From NCBI RefSeq assembly GCF_009914755.1, contig NC_060940.1: a stretch of DNA of 64,000 bases; one strand, 5' to 3'. The notes beneath the pieces were generated by a model that saw nothing but the letters and a program-made list of their open reading frames with translations, was not told where the DNA came from and searched no databases. The position numbers and the translations under genes were made by a program. This document shows positions 45,096 to 63,227 of this stretch, one piece after another; position 1 is the first letter of the stretch; each line of letters starts with the position of its first letter. This DNA is from the human T2T-CHM13v2.0 reference genome, Homo sapiens.

Positions 45096-45451
45096 TCGAC
45101 CCTCTGGAACCTATCAGGGACCACAGTCAGCCAGGCAAGCACATCTGCCCAAGCCAAGGGTGGAGGCATGCAGCTGTGGGGGTCTGTGAAAACACTTGAG
45201 GGAGCAGATAACTGGGCCAACCATGACTCAGTGCTTCTGGAGGCCAACAGGACTGCTGAGTCATCCTGTGGGGGTGGAGGTGGGACAAGGGAAAGGGGTG
45301 AATGGTACTGCTGATTACAACCTCTGGTGCTGCCTCCCCCTCCTGTTTATCTGAGAGGGAAGGCCATGCCCAAAGTGTTCACAGCCAGGCTTCAGGGGCA
45401 AAGCCTGACCCAGACAGTAAATACGTTCTTCATCTGGAGCTGAAGAAATTC
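45096..45451. promoter_or_regulatory. Alpha-globin major enhancer MCS-R2 (HS-40), NPRL3 intron 5
   Basis: Classical TaqI (45096) to XmnI (45442-45451) core. GATA sites CTATCA 45111, AGATAA 45206, TTATCT 45347. Paired NF-E2/AP-1 sites TGACTCA 45224 and TGCTGAGTCA 45254. GGGTGG/CACCC boxes. Confidence 0.96.
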
Positions 45452-46584
45452 TCTATATTCTCATCAGATCCCATGTTCACAAACAGAACTCACACCTGGA
45501 TGGACTTACAACAAGGCAGCATCCCTTGCCAGAGAAAGGACTGTTGCTCCCATGCTGTGCCCACCACTGGGCAGCAGACCTGCTCCTCCATGTCAAGGGC
45601 ATTGCCTCAACAGTGTCCTTGGGACCAGAGGGCTGACATATGGGGTGTATACAATTGCCTCAAAACAAAATACCCACCTAGAAGAAGAATCTGTGTACAA
45701 ATACTTCCACGAGCAAAGCAAGGAGGAGGACAATGATCCTGGATATGTGATTATTCAGCTGAGGCACAACAGTGTCCATGAGTTGGATGTCCAGGGCCCA
45801 TATGCTTGACCTTTCCAGACATACAAAGTGGTGCAGTCCCCAGTGACGCTCAGTGACCTGCACTCATGGGGTGTCCCAGCATGTCCGGTTTGCAAAGGCC
45901 TGACATGGAGTGAGGGACATGCTGAGAAAGCTAACACCTAGGGTGTGCCAGCACTAATGGGAACTTTTAGAAACACCATATTTTCACCATACACGACATA
46001 AAGTGGCAGGAAGTTTAAGGCATCACGCATGAGACTTTCTCATCCCCAAAACTTGTACCCAAATAGAACCAAGCCTTCAGAGTTAACTTGTAGTTTGAAG
46101 GAAACACAGGGACAGAGAGCAAGTCTGACTGCACAATGAGATTAATCCAAATGTGGAACATTTGATGGAACAAAGGGAGGGGAGACCTCTGGATTGGCAG
46201 AGACATAAAGACACCACATGCACTAGCTGGGCTGGGTTTGCATCCTGGTTCAGACAGTCCAGCTGTGAAAAGGCTTTAGCAATCAGGAGAAGCTTCAATG
46301 GACCAGGTACTAGGTGATGCCAACTTATTACAGCAAATTTTTTCAGATGTACAAAGGGTATCATGGCCGAAAATTAAGTGCCCATATTTTATACAGATAT
46401 CTTCTGAAGTATGTAGGGATGAACAGACATAAGGTCTGGGACTTGCCTTGAAATAGAGAGAGGGAAGGAAATATATGGAGCCAGGGTTTAAAGGCACCTG
46501 AGACAGGCATATAAGGTTTGTCAGTCTGCTCTCTCTAGTTCAGGGTTTAAAATTTTTCAGAGTAAAAAAAAAAAAGTGTATTTC

Positions 46585-46873
46585 TTTTTTTTTTTAAGAT
46601 AGGGTCTCACTCTCTTGCCCAAGCTGGAGTGCAGCAGATGATCACTGCTCACTGCCACCTTGACCTTCCAGGCTCAGGTGATCCTCCCACCTCAGCCTCC
46701 CAGGTAGCTGGGACTACAGGCGCACATCATCATGCCTGGCTAATTTTTGTATTTTTTGTAGAGATGGGGTTTCGCTATGTTGCCCAGGCTGGTGTCAAAC
46801 TCCTGGGCTCAAGTGATCCACCCACCTTGGCCTCCCGAAGTGCTAGGAATACAGGAGTGAGCCACTGTGCCTG
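46585..46873 (-). mobile_element. AluJ-like
   Basis: Antisense dimer; TSD-like AAAAGTGTAT. Confidence 0.87.
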
Positions 46874-46990
46874 GACAAAAGTGTATATTTTAAAAAGAAA
46901 GAATATATATTTAAAATGACAAAAGTGTATATTTTAAAAAGAAAGAATATATATTTAAAATGACAAAAGTATATATTTTAAAAAGAAAGA
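46874..46990. repeat. 44-bp AT-rich tandem repeat, about 2.7 copies
   Basis: GACAAAAGT(G/A)TATATTTTAAAAAGAAAGA at 46874, 46918 and 46962. Confidence 0.88.
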
Positions 46991-47072
46991 CTTGTCCACC
47001 CAAAAAATACAAACTCTTTACATTATCAAAATTTCTCCTACTCGTCAATATCACGGCCAGCTGAAGTCCTAG

Positions 47073-47388
<316 letters not shown>

Positions 47389-47691
47389 CCGGTTGCTTTT
47401 ACCTGTCCGTAATCAATCTATACTTCTCCAGGTTCTGGTCTGATCTCCATTTCTCACCCTTGATGGCAAGAGGATGGGCCAGTGTATAATAATCACCACA
47501 TTGTTTAATCACTCCCCAACTACTACACACTATGATTATCTCCAGTTTAATTATTGTTATAAAAATCTTTATTCTTGCTGAGAACAAGCCTGGGGGAAAT
47601 CTTTACGCAGTTGTAAAAGTTGCTTGTTTTTCTTGATAATACTCCTAACAGTGGGACTGCTAGATCTAAGGGCATCATATGCTATGCTGTC

Positions 47692-47820
47692 AAACACTAC
47701 TCCCCGAGGTGAGGGCCTGCCTACAGCATCCTGGAAACACTATTCCCCGAGGTGAGGGCCTGCTTACAGCATCCTGCAAACACTGTTCCCCGAGGTGAGG
47801 GCCTGCCTACAGCATCCTGG
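47692..47820. repeat. 43-bp tandem repeat, 3 copies
   Basis: AAACACT..TCCCCGAGGTGAGGGCCTGCYTACAGCATCCTG at 47692, 47735 and 47778. Confidence 0.9.
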
Positions 47821-48129
47821 GTGGGGCTGTGGCTGCGTTTCATCAACTGTCCCACAGGGGTTATCGGTGTTGACAGGTGGACAACATTCGTCATGGATTT
47901 TGTTTACTCCTTTGCTTGTTTTTTTACTTAATTCATTTTTCTTTGTGGCGCTTTATATTATGTAATTATGTAAGAAATACAAAGATGCTATGAAAATGCA
48001 AATACTACAAAAGTGTATCAAGCAGAAAGTGAAGAACTTCTCCCAGAACCCTGTACCCCAGGAGCCATTAACAAATCATTTTGTTTTAATTTGTAGTTCC
48101 TTATTTATCAACAAGGCAGGCCTGTCTTA

Positions 48130-48750
<621 letters not shown>

Positions 48751-48904
48751 AGGGGTAAACAATGAAGTGCAGTCTGCCTGCACCCCAGGAGGGGCCAGCC
48801 CGCTGCAGTCCAAGCTCCGAGTCAATGACACGCTCGTTGGAAAAAAAGAGCTGCTTCTCCACTGGCCCCACTCCCTGATCTTAACCATTTATATAAACAC
48901 TCAC

Positions 48905-48979
48905 CCTCAGTGCAAACACCACATTAAAAAGAATCATAGTAGGTGCTTCCCTCTTCGGGGAAGGATCTGTTTTGGAGAT
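48905..48979 (-). CDS. NPRL3: NPRL3 exon 5 (ISKTDPSPK...NVVFALR)
   Basis: TTACAG| acceptor, AGG|GTGAGT donor, 75 nt (symmetric exon). Confidence 0.95.
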
Positions 48980-49534
48980 CTGTAAAAGATGCATAATTCT
49001 AATTAATTGAGACGACTTTCTAAGGAAAGCTGTTTAGAGCTATTCTACTTCAGGCATGGCAAAAGTCCCCAGAATACAGCACCAAGGTCTTGGAAAAGCA
49101 ATGAATGCCTTTGCTCTGGAGGCGTGCCTACTGCATGGGCAAAGTCACAACTATGACAAGAGTGGGAAGGTCAGTGCTCTGACCCCCTCGCCCCCCCGCT
49201 AACAGAAGTGAGCTGACAATGCCCACAGGGGACGAGATGGAGAGGGGCATAAATGGGTGGAGGACCCAGACCCACACCCCCACTGCCTTCCCGTGCCCGC
49301 CTGCATCCACCAGGCTGTATCTGCTAAGTATGACGCATACTCAGAACAATTGAGGGACAGGACGATGTTCAGGGACAGCCAAGCCCTGAGCAGGGCCCAG
49401 GTGAGGCAGGCCAGCAAGTCCTAATTTCTGTGCTCCCGGTTCTGGCATCCAGCCAGCTTCACAAGGACCAGGGCGCTCAAGGGAAGCATTCCAAGGGGCA
49501 CGGGGGAACTCTTCAAAGCCAACTACAAGTTCTG

Positions 49535-49548
49535 CCACCAGGGGGAGT
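49535..49548 (+). promoter_or_regulatory. CTCF motif between MCS-R2 and MCS-R3
   Basis: CCACCAGGGGGAGT. Confidence 0.6.
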
Positions 49549-50306
49549 TGGGGCCCCAGGCTGCCCTGGCACCCATCCCCTACCCCTGACTGCCACTCCT
49601 GTCTACAGGGTGTGACCGCGGGCAGGCTGCCAACTCTCCCCTTCATTGCCTACAGGTAGGGGACTGTGCCCCAGCTGTGGAGGCTGTGATGAGAAGGGAG
49701 GGTGCGGTACAGGGGACCAGGCTCATCAACCGCCTCAGAAACTCCTTCCATGGAGGTTCACGAATAACACCACAGAACCTCCCAGAATTGCTGGATCTGT
49801 ATAAATGTAGCTAAATCCTACGTTACTGTGTTCGACCCTTCAGAATCTTAGTAATGCCATCACTGATCCTGCCTGTATGCAGAGAGCTGACTGGCAGGCT
49901 CTGGTGTACAAGTTCCCTTCATCCTGCTAACAAGATGAGTTCCTCAGTGCTATGACACCTATTCATCAAGAGAACATATAGAGAGGGTTTAGCAGAAAAA
50001 TAAGTGCTAAATAATACTAATATTAGCTACTAGAGTGTCTTGTAATAAATAAGAGGAAATGCTTGCACCACACTGTAGAAAATTCAAGGGTTTCACGATG
50101 CTAGTTAACTCACTATCTTGGCCTCCCCTGGAAACAGACATCCTACATATGAAGGGGAGGGCCACAGTCAGTAGAGACCTAGAATGCAGACTGTAAAAGC
50201 TAGGGACAGGGACTGAAGCACCTGTCTTCAGGGGCAAGAACACCTGTCTCTTTTTCTACTGGACTCTCTGGGTTTATGAAGATGCACAGTTCATACCAAG
50301 TGTCTA

Positions 50307-50867
<561 letters not shown>

Positions 50868-51389
50868 TTAAGAGAGGTAGAATAAAAATAAGTTAACAAA
50901 ATACCACAGCACCATGCCCTGCTGGCCCCAGAGCGGAAGGGTCTCAGTAAACTGCACCTTCATGGAGTTGCTCTGCCCCGACTGCTGGTGGAAGCTACTA
51001 ACAGTTGCCCTTCTGTAGCAATCCCAGAGGTTATGGATGTAAGATCACCAGAATTACAAGGTAAAAGGCATGAGAAGCACAGACTGAAGGCACATGCTGT
51101 CATTTTTTGGCATGCTCTATTAAATTCAGGAGAGAAACAGTTGCAGTTTGCTTTCAAAGGGAGGATCAGCTGGAGCCGGCACTGCCCTGCGGAGCTGCTC
51201 TTTAAAGTTCACAGGCAGAGGGGCCTCTCCCAGTTACACTCAGGTTTGCTGTGCTGCACCTTCAACTCCCAGGACCCAGGCCCTTCACCCACAGAGCGGC
51301 CCTTCACCCAAAGAGCCGCGTGGAGGGCAAGGGGACAGTGCACAGGGATGCGTGCAGAGCGCTGACTTCCTTCCTCATAGCATGGCTGC

Positions 51390-51720
51390 CCATCCGTTCC
51401 CTTATCCCAAACACTTAAACTTTCCGGTTTTTATCAGGGAAGAAGCTTTGTGCAAGATGTGCAAGCCCACTGTGATCACAGCTATTTCCAAATGGCAGAA
51501 ATACCAGGTTGCACACAACTGGGTGCCACGGAGAAGTGGGTGCAGCTGTGGTGTGGGAGGGAGGGCATCCCTTTTCCCCTTTTCAAGGTCATCTGTGCCC
51601 TTCTGTCTCCTTACTGGCAATGCTGATGCCTCCTGCCTGGGGAGATCTGGATAAGGGAGTGTCACCTGCAGGGGTGCTGTGGGTGGTGCTGACTCTTATC
51701 TCAGAGTCCAGGGCTCTGAG
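51390..51720. promoter_or_regulatory. Probable alpha-globin enhancer MCS-R3 (HS-33)
   Basis: About 6.5 kb centromeric of HS-40. GATA cores at 51401, 51431, 51649 and 51696; GGGTGG 51681; MARE half-site TGCTGACT 51687. Confidence 0.72.
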
Positions 51721-52838
51721 GGCCTCCGCTCTAGAAACACAAATGTACTACCTCTGATCTGGACCCAGAAGAGAGAGAAGTCCCATACATATCTCTCCAC
51801 CCAGGAAAAATATATCTAATATCTAGGTCAGGAGGGTGCACTCTCTTGGGGAAGCTCTAGCCTCCGCAGGGCCATACTCTGCCCCTGGGCAGGGAGACCC
51901 CTAAGGTCCTAGAAGAGACCACTGAGGACAGACATTCTAGGGTGCAAACCTGGTCATGCTTCTTCCCCAGAGGCCCTCTTGGTGAAGGGATGGGAGAGAC
52001 TGACATAACTCCTCCATGTTGTGATGAAAAAGGAAGGCCTGCTTTGAACTGCACTGTAGCTCAGCTCTGTAATAGCAAATGGCAAGTAGCTACATGATTC
52101 TTTCCAAGTCTATCATGGGCTGTGGGGCTCAGACTGTTTTCCAGCCTTCCTCCTGAACTGGCACGACCCTCTAACCATCCGAAGTCACCCTAGGCTCACA
52201 AACAAACCACATACGAGGGTTTGGTCAAACCTATTTGTGCCATTTGGAAATAGCCTCTCAACCCAGTCAGGTTGCAGTTGGACCTTCTGAAATCAATCTT
52301 GTTAGAGTTATCCTGGGAAACGCAGGACCCACAGCCAAGTCCTCAGCAGCCCACTGCAGGTCTCTCCTGCAGAGATGGAGGATTCAAGTGCCTTACACCA
52401 CAGGCATAATATGCTTTCTTCAAAAACCCTAAATGGCTCACTCTGTTCTATAACTCCCATCTGTGGGACATGGTAATGTTGAAGGAGGGTTTGAGGTATT
52501 AAAACGCCACCAAACACTTCTGCTCTAGCAACTGACCCAGGGCCAACGCCTCACATCCTATCTAAACAGTGCCCCTCCACTCTGCCACCCAGTGACTCAG
52601 GGGACACAGAGGTAACAGAAAAATAACCACCACCACTCCAGAAAGGTCCCTTGCTCTGACAGCCCAAAATCTCCACTAAAAACTGCTGCTCTGTCATAAA
52701 GAGTCACAGCCATGTCTCAGCCTCAGCCCTCAGGCACCAGTCCAGGGACCAAATTTAGTTTGGCTGTGAGATGGTCCCTGGGATTCTCAGAGGCAAGCAG
52801 TGGTAGCCCAGTTCGCGTTTATAAATACCTAAACTTCA

Positions 52839-54003
<1,165 letters not shown>

Positions 54004-54370
54004 CTTTATACTTTATATAGTCTGTCTGGTAATGTAATACACATAAAGACAGAGTTATATTCATGAGATTGGGGGTGGGGCAAAACTTATAAACAGCAAA
54101 CTGAACCATAAACAAGTGTTGTTTTGTTTTATTGGCTTCCAACATTTATGAAAATCCTTTTCCCTCATTTTGATGGTGAAAGGCCTAATAAATGTACTGC
54201 AGCACAATAAAACATCTGTTACAAAAACTGAAGATTCCTGGAATAACTTGGAAATTCAAGAAAAACACATTTAGGAAGATGAACCAGCCCAGCCAGAAAA
54301 CAGGCCAGGACCTTCTATCACTGCCGAGCTATTCTGGAGTAGGGTTTGCTCTCTAGCTTGGACAAAAAAA

Positions 54371-54480
54371 GGGATGGAAAGACATCCTGGAAGGGAGCTC
54401 AGTTCTGCTCCCCCCACCCACCTAAAGGGATGGAAAGACATCCTGGAGGGGAGCTCAACTCTGCTCGCCCCACCCACCTC
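54371..54480. repeat. 56-bp tandem duplication
   Basis: GGGATGGAAAGACATCCTGGA at 54371 and 54427. Confidence 0.85.
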
Positions 54481-55315
54481 CTTGCTGGAAGCTCACAGAC
54501 ACTGTGTGTACCTCCAAGGCCCAGAGGAGATGCACTGTCAAGGGGAATGGAAGAGTCGCCCGTCATCCGTGCCCTCCTGGACAAGCACCATATCAATTCC
54601 ATGAGAACATTTCTGCCTCTATTAAGCACACTCAATAGCATCTAGGCCTGAGCATCACACTTAATGCCCAACCCTTGGGAGAGGCCCCCACAAAACCCCT
54701 CAAAAAATAAAAACAAGGAGCAACAGTCACAGGTCTCTCTAGGGCGGCAGTGGACTAGGGAGATGACAGAGTCCACTCCTGCTTGCCCACCACCCTCACA
54801 GGACTACTTGTGCCTACCTGGAGGAAGAGGAGGTTTGTGTGACATGCCTGGTCCCAGAAGTCTCCCGGGTGCCAGCCAGCCATGCCTTGGCCTCTCAGGT
54901 AATGTGAAATAGCTAAATGACTGGGTAGAGAAAAAGCCGGGGTGGTGGGAAGTCTGGGCATTCATGGGGGAACTGGGGCAGTGAGGTCCACGCCTGTGTG
55001 CCTCATCAGTCACTCTTCAACATGGAGGGAAATCAGGAATTAAGCACAATTACAAGAAGAGAAGGCAGCCGGAATCAAGACAGAAAGACGGTGGAGAGGT
55101 CTCGGTCTTACCCTGCAACCAATTGCTCATCGGTTGGAGGACATGGCTCGCTGAAATGGGAACAGGACCATCAAGACCAAACAAAAACATATCACTTTTT
55201 TAAAAACCATGAAAAGTTACAAGGCTATTTTATAAAAACTGCACAAAAGTCTAGCAGAAGTGCCACCATTAAGCATTAACTGTTGACCATCACGACTAAG
55301 CAACTTACCAGACAA

Positions 55316-55772
55316 GAAACAGGATCACACACTCCCCACGCTGAGAAACAGGGTCACACACTCCCCACGCTGAGAAACAGGGTCACACACTCCCCACGCT
55401 GAGAAACAGGATCACACACTCCCCACGCTGAGAAACAGGATCACACACTCCCCACGCTGAGAAAGAGGGTCACACACTCCCCACGCTGAGAAACAGGGTC
55501 ACACCCTCCCCACGCTGAGAAACAGGGTCACACACTCCCCACGCTGAGAAACAGATCACACACTCCCCACGCTGAGAAACAGGATCACACACTCCCCACG
55601 CTGAGAAACAGGGTCACACCCTCCCCACGCTGAGAAACAGATCACACACTCCCCACGCTGAGAAACAGGATCACACACTCCCCACGCTGAGAAACAGATC
55701 ACACACTCCCAACAGTGAGAAACAGGGTCACACACTCCCCACGCTGAGAAACAGGGTCACACGCTCCCCACA
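55316..55772. repeat. 28-29 bp minisatellite, about 16 copies, NPRL3 intron 3
   Basis: Unit GAAACAGGGTCACACACTCCCCACGCTGA. Confidence 0.93.
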
Positions 55773-55940
55773 CTCAACGCTTACCATGGGGTTTTCTCAC
55801 TAAAAGTCAAATTCTCACACAGAAGTACAGGCTGGGCAGGAACAAAAGTCATTTTTCAGAAGTAAGCACAAGGCTGGCAGAGCTGGGTCAGACCCAGCAC
55901 CATATGTATTAGCCGGATGCCTGTGCAGAAGTATCTCATC

Positions 55941-56102
55941 TTTTCTTTTCTTTTTTTTTTTCCTTTTTTCTTTTTTTTCTTCAAAAGAGACAGGGTCTCA
56001 CAATGCTACTCAAGCTGGTCTCATACTCCTGGGGTCAAGCAATCCTCCTGCCTCGGCCTCCCAAAGTACTGGGATTACAGGCGTGAGCCACTGCACCCAG
56101 CC
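55941..56102 (-). mobile_element. Alu left monomer (FLAM-like)
   Basis: Single arm. Confidence 0.8.
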
Positions 56103-56396
56103 TAAAACTAATCTTTGTGGTAAAAGTTTTCTCATCTGCATGACAAGAAATCGCCTACCGAGGATCACATAAGACTCCCAGAGGCAAAAGCCTTCTGAAA
56201 ACTATAGCGTGTCATATGAATTTCACCAGCTCCAATTCTTGAGATACTGTGACTGCCAGCACACCTGACTTCCCTAAGCCTCTGCCTGGAGCAATAAAGT
56301 GGTCATGGTGGATCCATATATATTTGTCAGAAAACATCTGGGCTTTTGCACTACCTGAGTTGAGATTTTTAGAAACAGTTTAGGAGTTTACTTTCT

Positions 56397-56699
56397 GGCT
56401 AGGCACGATGGCTCACGCCTGTAATCCTAGCACTTTGGGAGGCCGAGGTGGGTGGATCGCTTGAGGTCAGGAGTTCGAGACCAGCCTGGCCAACATGGCG
56501 AAACCCTGTCTCTACTTAAAAAGAAAAAATTAGCTCACCTTGGTGGTGGATGCCTGTAATCCCAGCTACTCGGGAGGCTGAGGCAGGAGAATCGCTTGAA
56601 CCCTAGAGGTGAGGTTGCAGCAAGCCGAGATCACACCACTGCACTCCAGCCTTGGGCGACAGAGTGAAACTTTGTCTCAAAAAAAAAAAAAAAAAAAAA
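56397..56699 (+). mobile_element. Alu
   Basis: Full dimer. Confidence 0.9.
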
Positions 56700-57696
56700 C
56701 CTTTATTTTCCTCTGCAGATATTTGAGTTCTGGGACACACTGCTTTCCATGTATTCTGGAAAGAGAAAGGAGACCTGAATCCAGGAGTGGAAACATTGTG
56801 GGAGCTCTGCCAAAGATCCACAGAAGGGATCTCTTTCCTCAGCAGCTGCCAAGCTCCTCAGGTTGTACAGTATGAAAGCATTAAGATGTTTCATGGATTT
56901 TCCCAAGATCACCCAAGAAGTCAGAATCCTCGAAGCTGAAGCCTGACTGTAAGCTCTGCCTCCTACAACTAGACAAGTCACAATGCAACCCCTTTGCTCC
57001 AGAGGAAAAGGAGTAAGCACAGAGGGCTTCTGAGTCCGGCAATGCTCCATTTCCTGACAGGAGCATTTTACAGACTTGCGTCTGCCCCTCTGAGGGAGGC
57101 AGGGCCATCAGCTAACACTCAGAGACAAGGATGGTCCTACAACATCCTGATCTGGGAGGAAGAGGTGAAGGCAACTCACCACCCTCAGGCATCTTAACAG
57201 AAAACAGTGGAACTAAGGCTCATTCTAAAGAATGTGCCCAAGATCACACACCGAAGGCTGCAAAGCGAGAGTCAAACTTGGAACCCTGAACCTGCACTTG
57301 TCCCTTTACACTGCCCTGCAGCATGGATGCGATGGCTGGGCAGAGGGAAGTGCCCAAGCCTGGGGACAAAAATGCCTACCTGCTTTCTTGTGTGTCAACC
57401 TCAGCTACAGAAAGGAGAGGGCATCTTTCTAACACATCAGTGTAGGGCTCTAAAAACACAAGCTAATAGAGGCAAACCTAACAAGAGAGGCCCTGGCAGA
57501 GCCTCATGTGTGCCTGGTGGGAGGACCTGTATGTTGTGAGCTAGAGAGTGCCTGCCTGGCCAAGGACCCCATCTGGCCTAGGCCCAAGTGCAGCCACAAG
57601 TTGGGTACACTGCTACAAAAGTGGCCAAGCCTGAGGACAGTAGCAGTGCCACCTGATTCCCCAAGATGTCACCTGAGAATTAAAGGCAGAGCTGGT

Positions 57697-58069
<373 letters not shown>

Positions 58070-58485
58070 ATGATTTCAGAGCATTTTGAAAATGAAAGAA
58101 ATCAGTTCTTCTCTAAACCTCTAGCTCCCCATTCTCTGAGGTAGTGGCCTAAGCACTGCTCGCAGTTTCAAAGAAGGGAGCAGGAAGACGGTGTCCACAC
58201 AGAGAGGGACATGCCCACACCAGCCTTTCTGAGGGACACCAGGCTATCTCTCAGACCTGGCTTGATGGCTTCTGCCCCTACCAGTGGTGGGGACACACGG
58301 TACATTTAAACATGAGCACCATGGCCCCTAATACCCAGGGAACACTGCATCTTTTCTGACCTTGGTTTCAAGTCTTAGAGACACTGGACAATATCCATTT
58401 TCTTTTCTCATAATTGAATTATAGAAAAGGATTATAAAAAATAAATAAGAGTTAATCTCTATAACCTGAATCATATCTTAAATTG

Positions 58486-60480
<1,995 letters not shown>

Positions 60481-61140
60481 CTACGTGACAAAATAAACCA
60501 GGAGGGGAACTGAGCCCCTAAGGGTATGAACCCTGTATCTGGAAAACATGGGTGGCACCAGTGAGATTTACAGATATATGATGTGCTAAAATTACTGAAT
60601 GAAGCAATTCTTCAATAAAAGATTCTAGAGAGAAGCATGCCCCTCCCACAGTTTTACCTCTTCATTACGTTAAATATTAAATTAATTCCCTAGAAAATAT
60701 CCTCATGGTCATGTCATTATAAGTCTGAAAATTAACTGCAGGAATTAGGTACTGCCAGCCTTCCTTCTGAGTCTTCAGCAGCCTGGGCCTCACATCCACT
60801 GCAGCTTGGAGTAAGGCTAATGTGGGGGGTGGCCAGCAGCCAGCCCTGCTCTAAGCTGATCTGTGGCACAGGTGGAGGGAGAACAGGAAATACCTACCCA
60901 CTGTGCAGGGGCAAAAGCATTCTATATGCCTGTGACAAACCAGAGTTTGTTCCACCACCACATTTAAAGGGCAAGACAACCACAGGCCTCTACATCAAAA
61001 TGACGGTCCAATGGGGTGTCCAGCAAGCCCCATCGCCCTTCCAAAGCCCACTCCACTCAGAGACAGTCATCAGTCATGCCAGAGGCCCCAACATCCTCCC
61101 AAATGATGATAAAAATCACACTCTTGGAACCACAAATTGT

Positions 61141-61272
61141 GGTCAGGCATGGTGGCTTATGTACGTAATCCCAAAAATTTGGGAGGCCAAGGAAGGAAAA
61201 TCACTTGAGGCCAGGAGCTCAGGACCAGCCTGGGCAACAAAGCAAGACCCCATCTCTACAATCAATCAATAA
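61141..61272 (+). mobile_element. Alu monomer (FLAM-like)
   Basis: Single diverged arm. Confidence 0.75.
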
Positions 61273-62122
61273 AATTTTTTTAAAAAGACTTGCAAATTGC
61301 CATGGCAGGTGTGGTGCTGCCTTGTCAGAGAACTGCAGAGAAACAGCACTACCTCACTGCACAGCAAAGGCCCAGCATAGGGATCTTAGCTATTTTTTCC
61401 CGGGACAGTGGAAGCCAAGTCCTTTACTCCACACAGGCCTTGTCTGTGTTTAAGGGAACCCAGGGCAGGTAACTCACAATCTTCCCTCCCTCACCTGGGC
61501 CTATGTTACCATTTACTATGCTTCAAAATGAACAGAAGGCAGAAGTGGTCATTTCTAAAGTTTCTACCCTGGTAGTGCCTCCCAGAGAGAGCAGGGGCAC
61601 AAACACAGGAAGGAACCGGATCCACCTTTCATCTGTGCCTAAAAGAACATCAAAGAACATCAAGGTTCACACCATCCCAGCTCTAAGCCCCACTGCCCAT
61701 ATCACCACCTGAGCCTGGACACCAAGAAGGGACTTGACCAGGCTGTGCTAAACCCAAGCACCTGCATTTGACCTCTGGGTACATGCTCAAGGAATTAGAT
61801 CCAAAGACAACAACATAGGGGTCTGCTTTCCTCTATGTTTCTTTCATAGGAGATAAACATCTCACGTGGACATGGCCTCATCTGTGCTCTGACCTGCTTC
61901 ACCCACCAGACAAGCCTGAAGCTGGAACAGGTGCCCAAATTATTCAGCAAGCCCCAGACTGTCTACGCAGTCCTCCACTCTACACTACCTGAGAGCACCC
62001 ACTAAACGGAAAAAAACACCAGACTTCTCAGGGAGAAAACATCTGGGTGAATAGGAGGGTGGGGCTTTGCCCAGGCCTGGGACCAGGACACGCCCCGCCC
62101 TGAAGTGGCCGCAGAGCCTTTA

Positions 62123-62221
<99 letters not shown>

Positions 62222-62294
62222 CTAAGAAAACAGGGTCCTTCCACACACAGGAGGGTTATGGAACCGTTAACAGCCATGTTTTCCAAAACATGCT

Positions 62295-62645
62295 CTGTCC
62301 ATACCATGGAATATTACTCAGACATAAAAAGGAATGAACATGGGTGAACCTTGACAACATCATGCTGAATAAGCCAGAGACAAAAGAACAAATGGTGCAC
62401 TTACAGTATATGAAATGTCTAGAACAGGCAAATGCATCAAGACAGAAAGTAGATTAGAGGTTAGCACAGGCTGGGAGCAGGGGAAATGAAGAGTTATTGG
62501 TCAGTGGTTACAGAGTTTCAGTTTACGTGCTGAAAAAGCTTTAGAAACAGATAGCGGTAATGGCTGCACACTATAATGAATGTAATTAATGCCACTTAAT
62601 TATACACTTACAAATCATTAAAATGACAAATCTTATGTTATCTTC
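62295..62645 (+). mobile_element. Old L1 (L1MB-like) 3' fragment
   Basis: ATGGAATATTACTCAG...AAAGGAATGAA...GACAGAAAGTAGATTAG. Confidence 0.8.
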
Positions 62646-62658
62646 AAAAACAGTGATA

Positions 62659-63224
<566 letters not shown>

Positions 63225-63227
63225 CGC

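Noticed and set aside
55316-55772. CRISPR-like appearance of the 29-bp array (also the 57-bp and 20-bp arrays)
   Set aside because: Head-to-tail repeats with no unique spacers, no cas genes, human DNA.
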